Origin: Flectonema sp. DT1601
Lineage: Eukaryota
Length of the DNA stretch: 64,000 bases
NCBI GenBank assembly: GCA_964019425.1
Contig: OZ025801.1
Location: 434,001 to 498,000 of the forward strand
Direction: 5' to 3'
Under the pieces are notes generated by a model that was given only the letters and a program-made list of their open reading frames with translations, was not told the DNA's origin and did no database searches. Of the stretch, positions 23,382 to 33,745 are shown piece by piece. A program made the position numbers and the translations under genes. Position 1 is the first letter of the stretch; the number at the start of each line of letters is the position of its first letter.

Positions 23382-25790
23382 TTATTCAACATCAGAGACT
23401 ACAGGTTGTGTCTGGCCAGGTAAGTTAAGCATCGGAGGTCCCACCGAATTATTATTATTGTTTTTTTTATTCGGAATTGACAAGCAGTCTCGTATGTCAG
23501 AAATCTGCTTACTAAGTTCCAACAGTTGTGATGACACTTCATTGTCTGGCGACATACTACGAGGCAATACATTGATATTAGCTCTACTGTGTTTGCGGTT
23601 CTGGCAGCATTTAGGTGCTTCCGGTTCTGGGATTTTAATTTTCCCATCCGCAAGAAGCTTCTTTTCAACAAAGTGAGTAATCAACACAATAATCAAAGCC
23701 ATTGCGTATACTAAGTACACTCCCACAAAGGCTGAGAATTCCAACTGGTGAACGCCTTCTTCTTCAGACTGTTCCGTGCAACTTCCAGTTAAGTACTTTT
23801 CAATTAGTCTTTCTATCTCTCCTGCTTCTTTTAATTTTAATATATGCTCTGATACGAAAGTGGTATAGACAGAATCTCGAGGAAGAGCGAATCCGAGACC
23901 GAAATTATTAAAAGGAGATCCGTGGACTTCAAGACTGCAGTCAGGCCAATCACTGGTTGCTGCATAACGGTTCCAAATTCCGTCGAAAATTCCGACCCTT
24001 ACTTTACCCAACTTAATCTTGTCAACCATATCTCCAGGGTCATCAGCTATGACGTATCCTTTTCTTCCTAGACTGGCTCCTAGTCGGAGTTCATTGGAAG
24101 AGTCTGCAGGTACAGCAACTTCTGACAAGACAATTTGACCGTTCTGAATTTCATCAAAGTCATCTACGTAATACGTCGCTACTTTTATTGACAACATGGC
24201 TGCCAATTCAGCCGTGTATGTCGCTATAAAGACCAAGGATAAGAAGAATACTGCAGCAGTTAGTAATCTTCCTGCTCTTGTCACGGGCATTCCTTCGTTG
24301 ACTGATAGCATTGCTGTGAATGACCACCAAATACAAGTTTCTATTGTTGTTTGTAGATGTCCAGTTGTTAAGTATTCATTTTCGGAGTCTTTTTCAACGA
24401 TGTAAAATACAATCGCTGCTACGAACATCACTCCCACCCAAGTAAACCAAACAGTTACTCTGAACGGATAAAATACTTGCCAATAGCTTGTCGACATCTT
24501 TGGTCGCAGCATTATCATCGAATCACTAGTCTCGACAAACGGTTGAGTAAAATCCGCAAGCGTCTCTCTGAATTCATTGATTGTAATATCACCACAAACC
24601 ATATCATACTGGTCTAACTTATAAAGAGCTTGAGTCCAATTTCCATCTTGAAAACTTGCAGTCACGTTGTATCCTAAACTTAACCTGATATGCTCTTGCA
24701 ACTCCCATATAAATCCTGTTGGTTTACCATCGACGAATTGCATAAAAGGATGTGCAATAATAAATAAAACTTTTAATGTACGTCCGACAAGAGGTCTGTT
24801 TGATGTAACTTTTGAATTTCCTGGCCACAATACATCTCTGTAGACTGTTGTTGTTTGTCCAGTTTGACTGGAAACGACCTTCCATTCAGCAGCGTCGAAA
24901 TTTGCAATTTCCAGTGATATATTATTCAATTTGTTTTTTATTAATGAATTAAACACGACATCACCATGAGACCAAGGCCCAACAGAAGGCAATTCAGGAT
25001 AAGCAGAACTTAATGAACGAATAAGGGAAGATGCTTCCATGAATGTCTGACTTCCCGATTCGTTTGAAACTCGCAAGTGGAGCAAACCCATATATGAAAT
25101 TCTCTCTTGAAGACTCATTTCAGGAACCAAACCCTTAGCAGTCCCCGCTAGCAACCATGCTCTTCCCGTTGATACCAATCCCGACTTTTTTGCTGCTGCT
25201 AAAAGTTCACTTGATGAACCCATAATCACAACTAGCTGACCAAATCTAATTTTTAATTCTAAAAAATAATTTGAAATGTCTGCCTCTCCCCTTGGAAGTT
25301 CATGAAGCCAAATATGCTGCTCACTTGTTGATTGTTTGTTGACTTGTAATGCAAGCTGACGACTGTCAACGCTATTGTCATAAACTACTGAGACTCTTGT
25401 GAGGGAATGATTGGATGCGAAGTTTAGTATAGCGGTTGCGTGATCTTCAACTGCGGGTAGCACATTAGTTATAAATGAAAATTGGTTTGATAATTCAGGA
25501 AGTGGTGTTGAAGAAGTAAGTAAAGGTGTTCTTCTACTAGTACAAATGTATCCAGCGACGGATGCCAAAGGTGATGACGCTGGTCCAATAAAACCAACAA
25601 CACCATTGTTATGAGCCGCAACAACATTACCCACAACGTCATCATATCCCACAGTCACTGATTGCAACCAACTAGAAGCACCACTTTGTACTATTGCTTT
25701 GTTTACGTCACTTGTCTCTCCATTACCACTGTCAAATACCCCAATTTTTAAAGCAGTCAACACACAGCATACTAATGTTAATACAGTCAT
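23382..25790 (-). CDS. Ionotropic glutamate receptor-like (iGluR/GLR) ligand-gated channel
   Basis: Signal peptide, periplasmic-binding-type ATD (FIGPASS), S1 GDITINEFR..ADFTQPF, M1, pore WWSFTAML, M3 ATYTAELAAML (SYTANLAA-like), S2 GLGFALPRDS..ILKLKEAG, M4 FVGVYLV. Confidence 0.93.
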   Translation of the reverse strand: MTVLTLVCCVLTALKIGVFDSGNGETSDVNKAIVQSGASSWLQSVTVGYDDVVGNVVAAHNNGVVGFIGPASSPLASVAGYICTSRRTPLLTSSTPLPELSNQFSFITNVLPAVEDHATAILNFASNHSLTRVSVVYDNSVDSRQLALQVNKQSTSEQHIWLHELPRGEADISNYFLELKIRFGQLVVIMGSSSELLAAAKKSGLVSTGRAWLLAGTAKGLVPEMSLQERISYMGLLHLRVSNESGSQTFMEASSLIRSLSSAYPELPSVGPWSHGDVVFNSLIKNKLNNISLEIANFDAAEWKVVSSQTGQTTTVYRDVLWPGNSKVTSNRPLVGRTLKVLFIIAHPFMQFVDGKPTGFIWELQEHIRLSLGYNVTASFQDGNWTQALYKLDQYDMVCGDITINEFRETLADFTQPFVETSDSMIMLRPKMSTSYWQVFYPFRVTVWFTWVGVMFVAAIVFYIVEKDSENEYLTTGHLQTTIETCIWWSFTAMLSVNEGMPVTRAGRLLTAAVFFLSLVFIATYTAELAAMLSIKVATYYVDDFDEIQNGQIVLSEVAVPADSSNELRLGASLGRKGYVIADDPGDMVDKIKLGKVRVGIFDGIWNRYAATSDWPDCSLEVHGSPFNNFGLGFALPRDSVYTTFVSEHILKLKEAGEIERLIEKYLTGSCTEQSEEEGVHQLEFSAFVGVYLVYAMALIIVLITHFVEKKLLADGKIKIPEPEAPKCCQNRKHSRANINVLPRSMSPDNEVSSQLLELSKQISDIRDCLSIPNKKNNNNNSVGPPMLNLPGQTQPVVSDVE

Positions 25791-26312
25791 TTCTTCTTGT
25801 TCTTATATTTTTTTTTTTTTTTTTTTTTACCCTGTGTAATAATCCACTGTCAAAAAAAAAAAAAAATAAATAAATAATAATAATTGTCACAATAAATGTT
25901 TTTTTACTTTTTTTAATTCGAGAGAGATTGATAATCAAAGAGGTTCTATTAATGTAAATAGACATAATCTTGTTAAGATCAGCATGGTATGAACACATGC
26001 TAATGTATTCTGGAAGAAAACCATCACAAGTCATCTAGAGAACCTGCTTCACTGATTACAAAAACAACAAATCATTTTATGCCGATCTTCCTGTAAGAAA
26101 AGGTTTTTTACAACGCATATATATCCAAAGTCAAAAATCAATTTTTTTTTTTCCAAAACACATAACAAATTTTTATTTTATTTCTTCCATTCATAACACT
26201 AATTAGAGACAGAGAGTCCTGTCTGGCTACGCGGTAGTAATGAAACCCACTCTCTTCTCAAAACGGAAAAAAAAGGGTGGTACAAAACACTAGTTAATCT
26301 TACAACGATTGT

Positions 26313-26486
26313 TTACTTGCTGAGTTTTTCTTGGCGGAGGTTTGCCTCTAAACTCATATCTTTCGTAAACTCAATAGACTTTCTCGTAGATGTGTACTTT
26401 ACTAAGCGTTTAGCAGCATCGTTGACGTCTTCAACTGCTCTTGCCTTTTCATATTTTCTTTGATATCTTTGTCTCCATTGCTGTAG

Positions 26487-26521
<35 letters not shown>

Positions 26522-27706
26522 TAAAAAACAAAACAAACAACCAATGAAATAATCACGTACCGGTTCCAAGTACCCTCCTTGATATGGAATGGTGAGATGG
26601 TGGAGCCTCGAAGCCTGCCTTTTTCGGCTGTTAATTTCTCCTTGCTCACTGTTTTATTTTATTCAGTTAGACTTAGTATTAATAATTATCAGTCAATCAA
26701 AAGAATTAAAGTATTAAAATTTCGTAGGAGTTTCGGGTTAAGATTTAAAACAATCTTTCTTCGGACCACTCCAGCCCTCTTCAGCGAAGAAAGCAGGGGA
26801 CACTGAGGTGTCAGGCTTGTCCTACTCATCGCGTTTGCCCTCAGCCAAGACCACGTCAACATGGTTAATATTCAGTTAGTATTAATGGTTATCAATCAAA
26901 AGAAGGGGAGAGGGCGGGAAAATTCAATCGAATGCAAAAGTTCGTAGGACAACAAACAAATAATGGTTGGTTTCGGGATAAGATTAAACAATCTTTATTC
27001 GGACCATTCCCAACATCCACGTCAACATGGTTAATATTCAGTTAGAATATGAGTTTATTATAAAAAAGTGCACTAAAATAAAATATAAAAGAGAAAAATT
27101 ATAAAAACACATTGTTCTGCTGTTAATATTCAGTTAGTATCATTAATCCAAACGTTACTGTATATTATGAGTGCTAGGTACCCAATCCTTAACCGTTTCC
27201 GAAGACTCAGTATGGATTGTCGAATTTAAAACCTGTTACAGGGTCGAATACAAAAAAAACTGAAAAACCAGTCAACACATTGCTGTAAGAAACTATAATA
27301 ACAACAGGTGTACATACAGCTCTTCTCTTGTCAACATTCTAGGCTCTACAGGTTTCTTAATGTGAATACCGTAAGCCATCTCATGAAGCCTTCCATCAAG
27401 GTTAGTCTGATGATTGTGTCTGAACTGAGGCATCAGCATGAGGTCGTGGTTTGCTCTAGCCTCCGCTGTATTGTTGTTAGGTTTTTTTTTTTTTTTTTTT
27501 TTGGGGAAAAAAAAAATTAGCCACCTAACTAAAATATTTAATTACATACGGGTACCAACAGACGCTATCTGAGCGCCCCGGTTCTTATCACTTCCCAATA
27601 TTCCCAACACACCAAACATACTATCACTGTAATTACCAGTAAAAGCATCTTCGTTAGAGTCCCATCTGTGAACCGTAGCCAGCTTTACTACAGACCTACG
27701 CATCAT
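26313..27706 (-). CDS. Spliced 179-aa protein with a probable mitochondrial presequence; exons 27550-27706, 27318-27465, 26561-26627, 26313-26480
   Basis: Introns 27466-27549 (phase 1), 26628-27317 (phase 2) and 26481-26560 (phase 0) give one stop-free frame, MMRRSVVKLA...GTPEARANH...REELRKRQASR...LEPQWRQRY...KLSK*. Confidence 0.82.
26661..27140. repeat. Diverged tandem duplications inside the 690-nt intron, with four copies of a branch-point motif
   Basis: attcagttag occurs at ~26661, 26870, 27036 and 27127. ccacgtcaacatggttaatattcagttag and ttcgtagga..tttcggg.taagatt..aacaatcttt.ttcggacca.tcc each occur twice. Confidence 0.85.
27153..27219. repeat. Dispersed repeat family B, copy 1 (related to 51826-51899)
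   Basis: Shared blocks ttactgtat..t.tgagtgctaggta, caatcc and aaccgttt. Confidence 0.7.
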
Positions 27707-28062
27707 ATTGTGGTGTGACCTGTTTTTTTGAATAATCATAAAAAACTTCTATCCGCATCTCTCAATTTAAATAATGGTCAATTCGAGTCACTTTTTTCAG
27801 GTTTCAGGTTTCATTTTTTTTTTTTTTTTTTTTTTTCCCGATTCCCACTTATAACATCAATCTTTAAAAAACAAAAATAATTATAAAATTGAACCTCATC
27901 ATCAACGAAACTAAAATACGTTCAAACTTATAAGGAGGGGAAGTGTATAATAAATAAGTAAATAAAATGAATAATGGGTAAGTAATCACCTCAACTGAAA
28001 TGTTAATAGAGGGGGGGATGTTTGAATTTATAAAATACAAATGTATTGCACCATATTAACAT

Positions 28063-28250
28063 AACGATAATTTAACAATCTGTTAAGGATACAGTGAACT
28101 ATGGGTAATATGCTTAACATAGCCTTTTTTAAAGTAACAACTATTAGGGTTTCGAGAGTAATCCATATCTCTTACCCTTACCTCTCTCATCATCAGTTAC
28201 GGTGTAGAAGTAAGTCGGTCAATCATTGAGACTGAATCACCCCCAGTTAG
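28063..28250. repeat. Dispersed repeat family A, copy 2 (longest); contains a hammerhead-like motif on the minus strand
   Basis: The right part matches 19986-20107 and the left part matches 48702-48750. Confidence 0.9.
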
Positions 28251-28375
28251 TAATTCCGGTAGTGTAGTTACTTTGATTATTTTAATTAAAACTCTGCATC
28301 ACTTTTACTAGTTCGTAGCGCACTACTAGTGGACCACTCTTTTACAATAAATGTAGAAAGTATAAAGTGTGATGA

Positions 28376-28858
28376 CTAATTATCAAAATTTTGATACACC
28401 TTCGAAGTCGTGAATATCTGGTGTTGAAGAGCGTTGCGGACTGTTTGCCTTGTCCGTCTTGGCTTAGTGTTCCCACCGTCTGGTTTGTTTCTCTTTTTCT
28501 GATTACATTTTCTGAGAAGCGGTTGTAAAGGACCTTGTGTGTTCAACCCCTTTATAATCTTAGACTTCGTTTTATTTTTAATCGCAGCGGTCATACCTCT
28601 TCCAAAGTTATCTTTTGTAACGTTCTCGTTTTAATTTTATCTTCTTCCTTGTTCCTCTTGCCCTTGTTCAGATGTTTATTGAGTTGAATTACTTGTATTG
28701 GACTTTGAGAATTTAATATCTCTCTGTGGCGTTTCTTCTATTAACGGGTTCTTGACGTGAACCGTTTGTGTTATCAACTTGCCGAGAGGGAATTTGATAC
28801 GATACGAGAGGGAGTGGGTGTTTGAAGAAAAATAATCCACCTCTTTTCGCCTGCTCAT
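28376..28858 (-). mobile_element. Possible heavily decayed, internally deleted non-LTR retrotransposon remnant
   Basis: Stop- and frameshift-ridden reading gives EVDYF...THSL (endonuclease IDY/SDH-like), KITLEEV/TAAIKNKTKSK (ITxEEVxxAIK-like segment preceding RT) and TTSKVY. The resemblance is by eye only. Confidence 0.3.
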
Positions 28859-29371
28859 CTTTTCACGATGGCTAAAGAGGTAAAGTGTTGTGGAATTTTT
28901 TTATTTTTTTTTTTTAGAGCTTTTTTAGCGTCCAGTTGCTTGTCTGTAATTGTAGAAAGTCTAGTTGTCGTATGAGGAAAAAACTTTTTTTTTTTTTTTC
29001 CAGGGAAAGGAAAAAAAAAAACTCACAAAAAAACACGCTCCTAAAGAAATCGAGTAGTATTTTTTTTAAAAAAAAATACCTATTTTCCCAACACACACCC
29101 AGAGGGAGGTATGAAAGCAGGAAAGAAGCAACACAGAGCCTCTGAATCTCGAAAAACGAAGAGCTAACGACTAATACTTTTTGAAAACTGAAGTTACCAT
29201 TCACTTTTTTTCTTGAAACTAATGCAAAACAAATATCGACATAGCAGTATAGGATTCTGAAAAAGACATGCTTCTTAGAGGTGGAGAGAAGGTGCCGCTT
29301 AAGAAGAAACAAACTGTAACAATAGGGAGAAAATACCAACAAAAAAAAAAACTAAAAAAAAAAAAAAAAAA

Positions 29372-29910
29372 ATCACCAACCCCTTTACGAAAATATAAAA
29401 GACTAGGAAATGGCAGCACAAGAAGGTACACTCAAAGTCTGCAAGAGGACAGCAGGTTGGGTTTATATTTTCAACAATGTCAGTCATGCGTTGAGAATAG
29501 AAAAATTTTACTATTTGGAACACTAGAAATTGCCGCCAAAATCAGAACAGGTCCACGCCCTTTAATTATTCACAACCAGCTCAACCTACCTTTCAGTTAA
29601 CAAAGAAATTACTTCAAAAAAAAAAAAAAATTCACCAACCCTTTACGAGAATAATAAACGCGTAGGGAATGGTAGCAGAAGAAAGTATATTTCTTCAGGG
29701 GTTTTTTTTCTAGAGGGACATAGAAGTACAGAATCCACGAATTCCAGTCTGCAAGTGGACCAGTTGATTGGGTTTGTATTTTCAACAATGTTAGTTATGT
29801 GTTGAGAATAGAAAAATTTCACCAAAAAAGTCGCCCCCAATTCACACAGCTTCACTTCCCTTCAATTATTCCCAACCAGCAACCAGGTAGCTTTCAGCTT
29901 ACAAAAATTA
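29372..29910. repeat. Diverged tandem duplication of ~250-280 bp (29372-29616 and 29632-29910)
   Basis: Colinear shared blocks tcaccaaccc.tttacga, agtctgcaag.ggac, ttgggttt.tattttcaacaatgt.agt.atg.gttgagaatagaaaaattt, aattattc.caaccagc and ctttcag. Confidence 0.9.
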
Positions 29911-32526
29911 TTTTTCAATTACTTTAAAAAAAAAAAATTAAAAAACTTTGGTTATCGGTGTAAGAACAACGTAAAATAACACATGGCTATACCCAGGTTT
30001 GCCAACATGATAGAAGGCTAGTAAACTGAGGCAAAAAACATAAATCAATAAATAGGTAACATAAATTGAAGAGAAAAAAAACACGGGGGGCGGGAAAGAT
30101 ATAAAGTTCAGTGTCTGCAGTAACTACTAGGAAATTAGGTTAAACGACAATATTTTTTTCATCCCTCTCTCTTGTAAAATCATATTTTCGAGATAGAGCG
30201 AGTATCCCTTAATGATGTTTAGATGAGACAAAAAAAAAAAAAAAAAAAAACTGCTGGAAAAAATATTACTAGTTTTTTATTGAATTTCGCACATAATTTT
30301 GTTTGTAACCAAAAGGCTATGGACAGCGCCATTAGAAATTCAAGCCTCTCGATAAAGGTGAAAGAACAGAAATATTTTTCTAAAACAAAAACAAAAAAAA
30401 AAAACAAAGGCGACGCACCATTAAAGTGGCCACACGCAAGTTTTTTTTTTTTTTTTTTGTTTTTTTTTTTTTTCACACCACCGTCAAAAAAATGTGGGTG
30501 AGTTATGGAAAGAAGAAAACAACACAGCATGCTGTTTATAATAAAAAATTAAAAAAAAAAAAAAAAAATGAGACAAAATTTACCCATTCTTTTTTTTTTG
30601 TATGTAAAGCCATCAATTCAACTTCGTATCCAGTCTGTCGATAATATAAAGGCAAAAAAAAAAAAAAATACGGAAATAAGCAACCAGAGGACACTTCACG
30701 CACAAAGTCAACTACAATAGACACAATACCTATGTTTTAGAAAGAATCCAGGAGAGCTGTTGATGTTTTTTTTTTTTTTTTTTTTTTAAAAATATCGAAT
30801 CTCTAAGACCGGTTTATAAAGCATAACTTGTGGAAAGGAATCCCAAAGAGAGATATATAGTTGACGTGTACCATTGTAATGACTCGTGAAAACTGTTTTT
30901 ACTTAGTCTTCTAAAAAACGGCAAGTAAAAATAAAAAATAAACAAAACAACGAAAACCCAACAAATTAAACGCATCCAAGTACAGTACTTGCATATGAAA
31001 AAAAAAAAAAAAAAAAACGAAAAACAAGACACTTTTTTTTTTTTGAGCACAAAACCGTTTTTACTGCCTGGGCAAGGTAAGCTGCAAGAATGCAAAATAA
31101 CCAATAATACTGGGGGGTAACCATAAGACCTAACCTTCACTACGTCAAAGAGATTTCCTCAAGGAAACTAACGCAGGCAGACAAAAACATCAATATTTCA
31201 TAAAAACAAAACAAGAACAAATCAGAGAGTGCTCCACCCAGAAGGATGAGGAGTGCAACTCTGCCGACTGAACACAAACAATAATAAGAATTAAATGCGA
31301 TGGGACAATTCTTTTTTTTTTTTTTTTTTTTTTTTTTTTCCCCTCTCTCCTTCTCTTGATGCAGAAAGAAGAAAAAAAAAAAAAAAAACTTCCTCCACAC
31401 AACTGCAGCTGCTGATACGCAAAAACGATGATAAAAAAACAGTCTTCGTTCATTACTTGGTTTTTAAAATAGGTGACTGTCAGTACAACAGATCTACCTA
31501 CACAAGTACTAGACTCTTGCACAACAGAATCAACGCACATAGGAGGCACATCCGGGTAAATTATTTACCACATTATAAAAAAAGAAAAGTAATTCACATA
31601 TTTCCGTCATGTCAGTGAAGCTTTTTTCTTTTATTTAAAAAGCTGCATGAAAAAAAATGTAATAAAATAATAATTGGGGAGAGCAACAGAAATTAATTCC
31701 GAAAAAAAGAAAATCAACGTGATGAATAGGTCTCGACTCAGAAAAAAGAAAATGTAGAAATACCCGTTTTTTTTGAATTGGTACCCACATAACATAACTA
31801 AAGGATTTAATAAGAAAAAAATACTACACATTCTTCAAAACACCAGTCCAAAAAAAAAAACCCCCCCCCTGCTTTTCATAAATTCTTTTTCCACTTAAGC
31901 TTACTAAACCACGGAACCAATGTCGGGAGTAATGCTGTCTTTTGTCATCCCGTTGGTTTGTGCTGTAACAGTAGTCCGAAGATACCACTTGTGGGTGGCA
32001 GCTTGGAAAGTACAAAAACCTGACAAACGCATGCCCAGGCTCAAGGTTGTTCTGGCACAGTGCAATTTTCCATTTTTTTTTTTGAATAAGTAAGTGTGTA
32101 GGTCCAGTTCAGGATGGAAAGGGTTGTTCAACACTTTTAAAAGTGTCAAACTCCTGAGTCCATCTTAGACGAAAAGAATTATTTTTGGACTGATGTTCAA
32201 AAGAACATGTAATAAAAAAGAAACAAAAAAAAAAAGAAAATTGTTTAAAACAAGTTGCAGTGTCACCATAATACTTATTTTTTTTATTTTTTCTTTAAAA
32301 AGAAAAAGAGATACCAATCACTGTAATTGTATTGCACCACACCCGAATAATAATTATAATTTGACGCGGTCGATTCTCTCAGTTTGTTACACGCAAGGTT
32401 GGTATGACTGAATGGTCTTCACTACAACTCGGCTGGGGTTATCGCTGTTTTGCGAATTCTCCCTCGAATTGCCGAAAATCACTTATTCAGCTCGTTAAGA
32501 AATAGCCACAAGAAACCCTGTTGAAC

Positions 32527-32985
32527 TCAAAGGGAAAGTGCTCTTCCTCTGCTGTGTCCCTTGTCAGGTTTTTCTGCAGGTTTGCAAACTGTTTTACTTT
32601 TATGCCTGGGTGACTTTGTGTTTAGTCTAACGAACTTCGGATCAATTTCACCGAGTCCGAGAGGCTTGCGATCTCTGAAAGACGAACCAAGTTTGGCACA
32701 AGAATTAGATAAGTTTGATGAAGCCCTGCTACAAGTATTACCTTTCGGTTCACTTAATGACCTTTGCAACCATAATGAATCAGCATCAGAGAGCATACAA
32801 CTACCAGTTAAGAGAGGAGTATTCAGCAATCCATCTTTTGTAGTCCTGCTACCATCACTTCCATTGTTCGTCTGTCGATATTTGGTTAAATTAATCACGT
32901 CCTTCCCACGAATCGGATTGTTACTAGGATGTACGCTACTACACTCCTCGTCCTCTAATAGTCCTCCAGAATGACAACATCCCAT
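32527..32985 (-). CDS. Small disordered protein with an N-myristoylation/palmitoylation signal (MGCCHS)
   Basis: 152-aa ORF with the MG-C-C-x-S dual-acylation motif and an AG acceptor 15 nt upstream. Confidence 0.75.
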   Translation of the reverse strand: MGCCHSGGLLEDEECSSVHPSNNPIRGKDVINLTKYRQTNNGSDGSRTTKDGLLNTPLLTGSCMLSDADSLWLQRSLSEPKGNTCSRASSNLSNSCAKLGSSFRDRKPLGLGEIDPKFVRLNTKSPRHKSKTVCKPAEKPDKGHSRGRALSL

Positions 32986-33745
32986 ATTGTGTAGTAAATA
33001 CTGTTTTTTTAAATTATTAAATCACACAAAAGAAAAAACCAAAAGCCCGCTCAAGATGTCAATGAATACAGGACACTTCAAAAAAAACAGATACAAACTA
33101 AAGAGTAATTCATCAGGTTGTCAAAATTTCTATAAAAAAAAAAAAAGGACTCACCTGAAATACGAAAAACTTTTTTTTAACAGGTGACTATGAAAAAAAC
33201 CTGTTTTGCTGTTTAGGTATGAGTTTATTTTATATTTTTTTTTTACTGAGTGAACTTTTTATACAAAAGAAATTAAGCAATTAATCAGTAAATCTGAATA
33301 CGAAGGAGAAATAAAAAAAAAAGAAATTGTGAAGTAGTAAAAACGTGAAGGGTTTGCACCTTGCTGTGATAAGTCATGTAGTGGATACAGACTTCATTTT
33401 TTTTTTTTTTTTCAGCCAACCTTCCACGCAAGCAAATTACAAAACGAAACAAAACACGTCAAAAAAAAGAAAAAAAAAGGTTACAACATATTGAGGGAAT
33501 TTGATAGATGAAAGGTGAGGGAACAAATCTTTTTTCAAAGACGTACGTAAGATAAAAACTTAACTAAAAAAAATTTTTTTTGAAAAAAAAACACAAAACA
33601 TACAACCAATATAAAGAAAAAAAAAAAAAAAAACCATTCAGATAAAGCCTGTAAATCTTGTTGACCAACAGACAGCGAAAATAGATAACATTTTTGACCA
33701 TAATAAAATAATAATGGCTCCTAAAAATAGTTTCTTCTCCGACTT

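Noticed and set aside
26774..26835. Box C/D snoRNA-like string (CGATGA..CTGA..CTGA) or hammerhead core CTGAAGA on the minus strand
   Set aside because: Box C is degenerate and I recognise no rRNA target. The hammerhead reading has GAAG in place of GAAA and no stem I.
28376..28858. Three in-frame TAA between two same-frame ORFs, suggesting stop-codon reassignment
   Set aside because: Conserved genes contain no in-frame stops and end in TAA, TAG or TGA; decay explains this better.
28900..32450. Many short ORFs rich in poly-K or poly-F (also 54500-58170)
   Set aside because: They are translations of A/T homopolymer runs with no coding signature.
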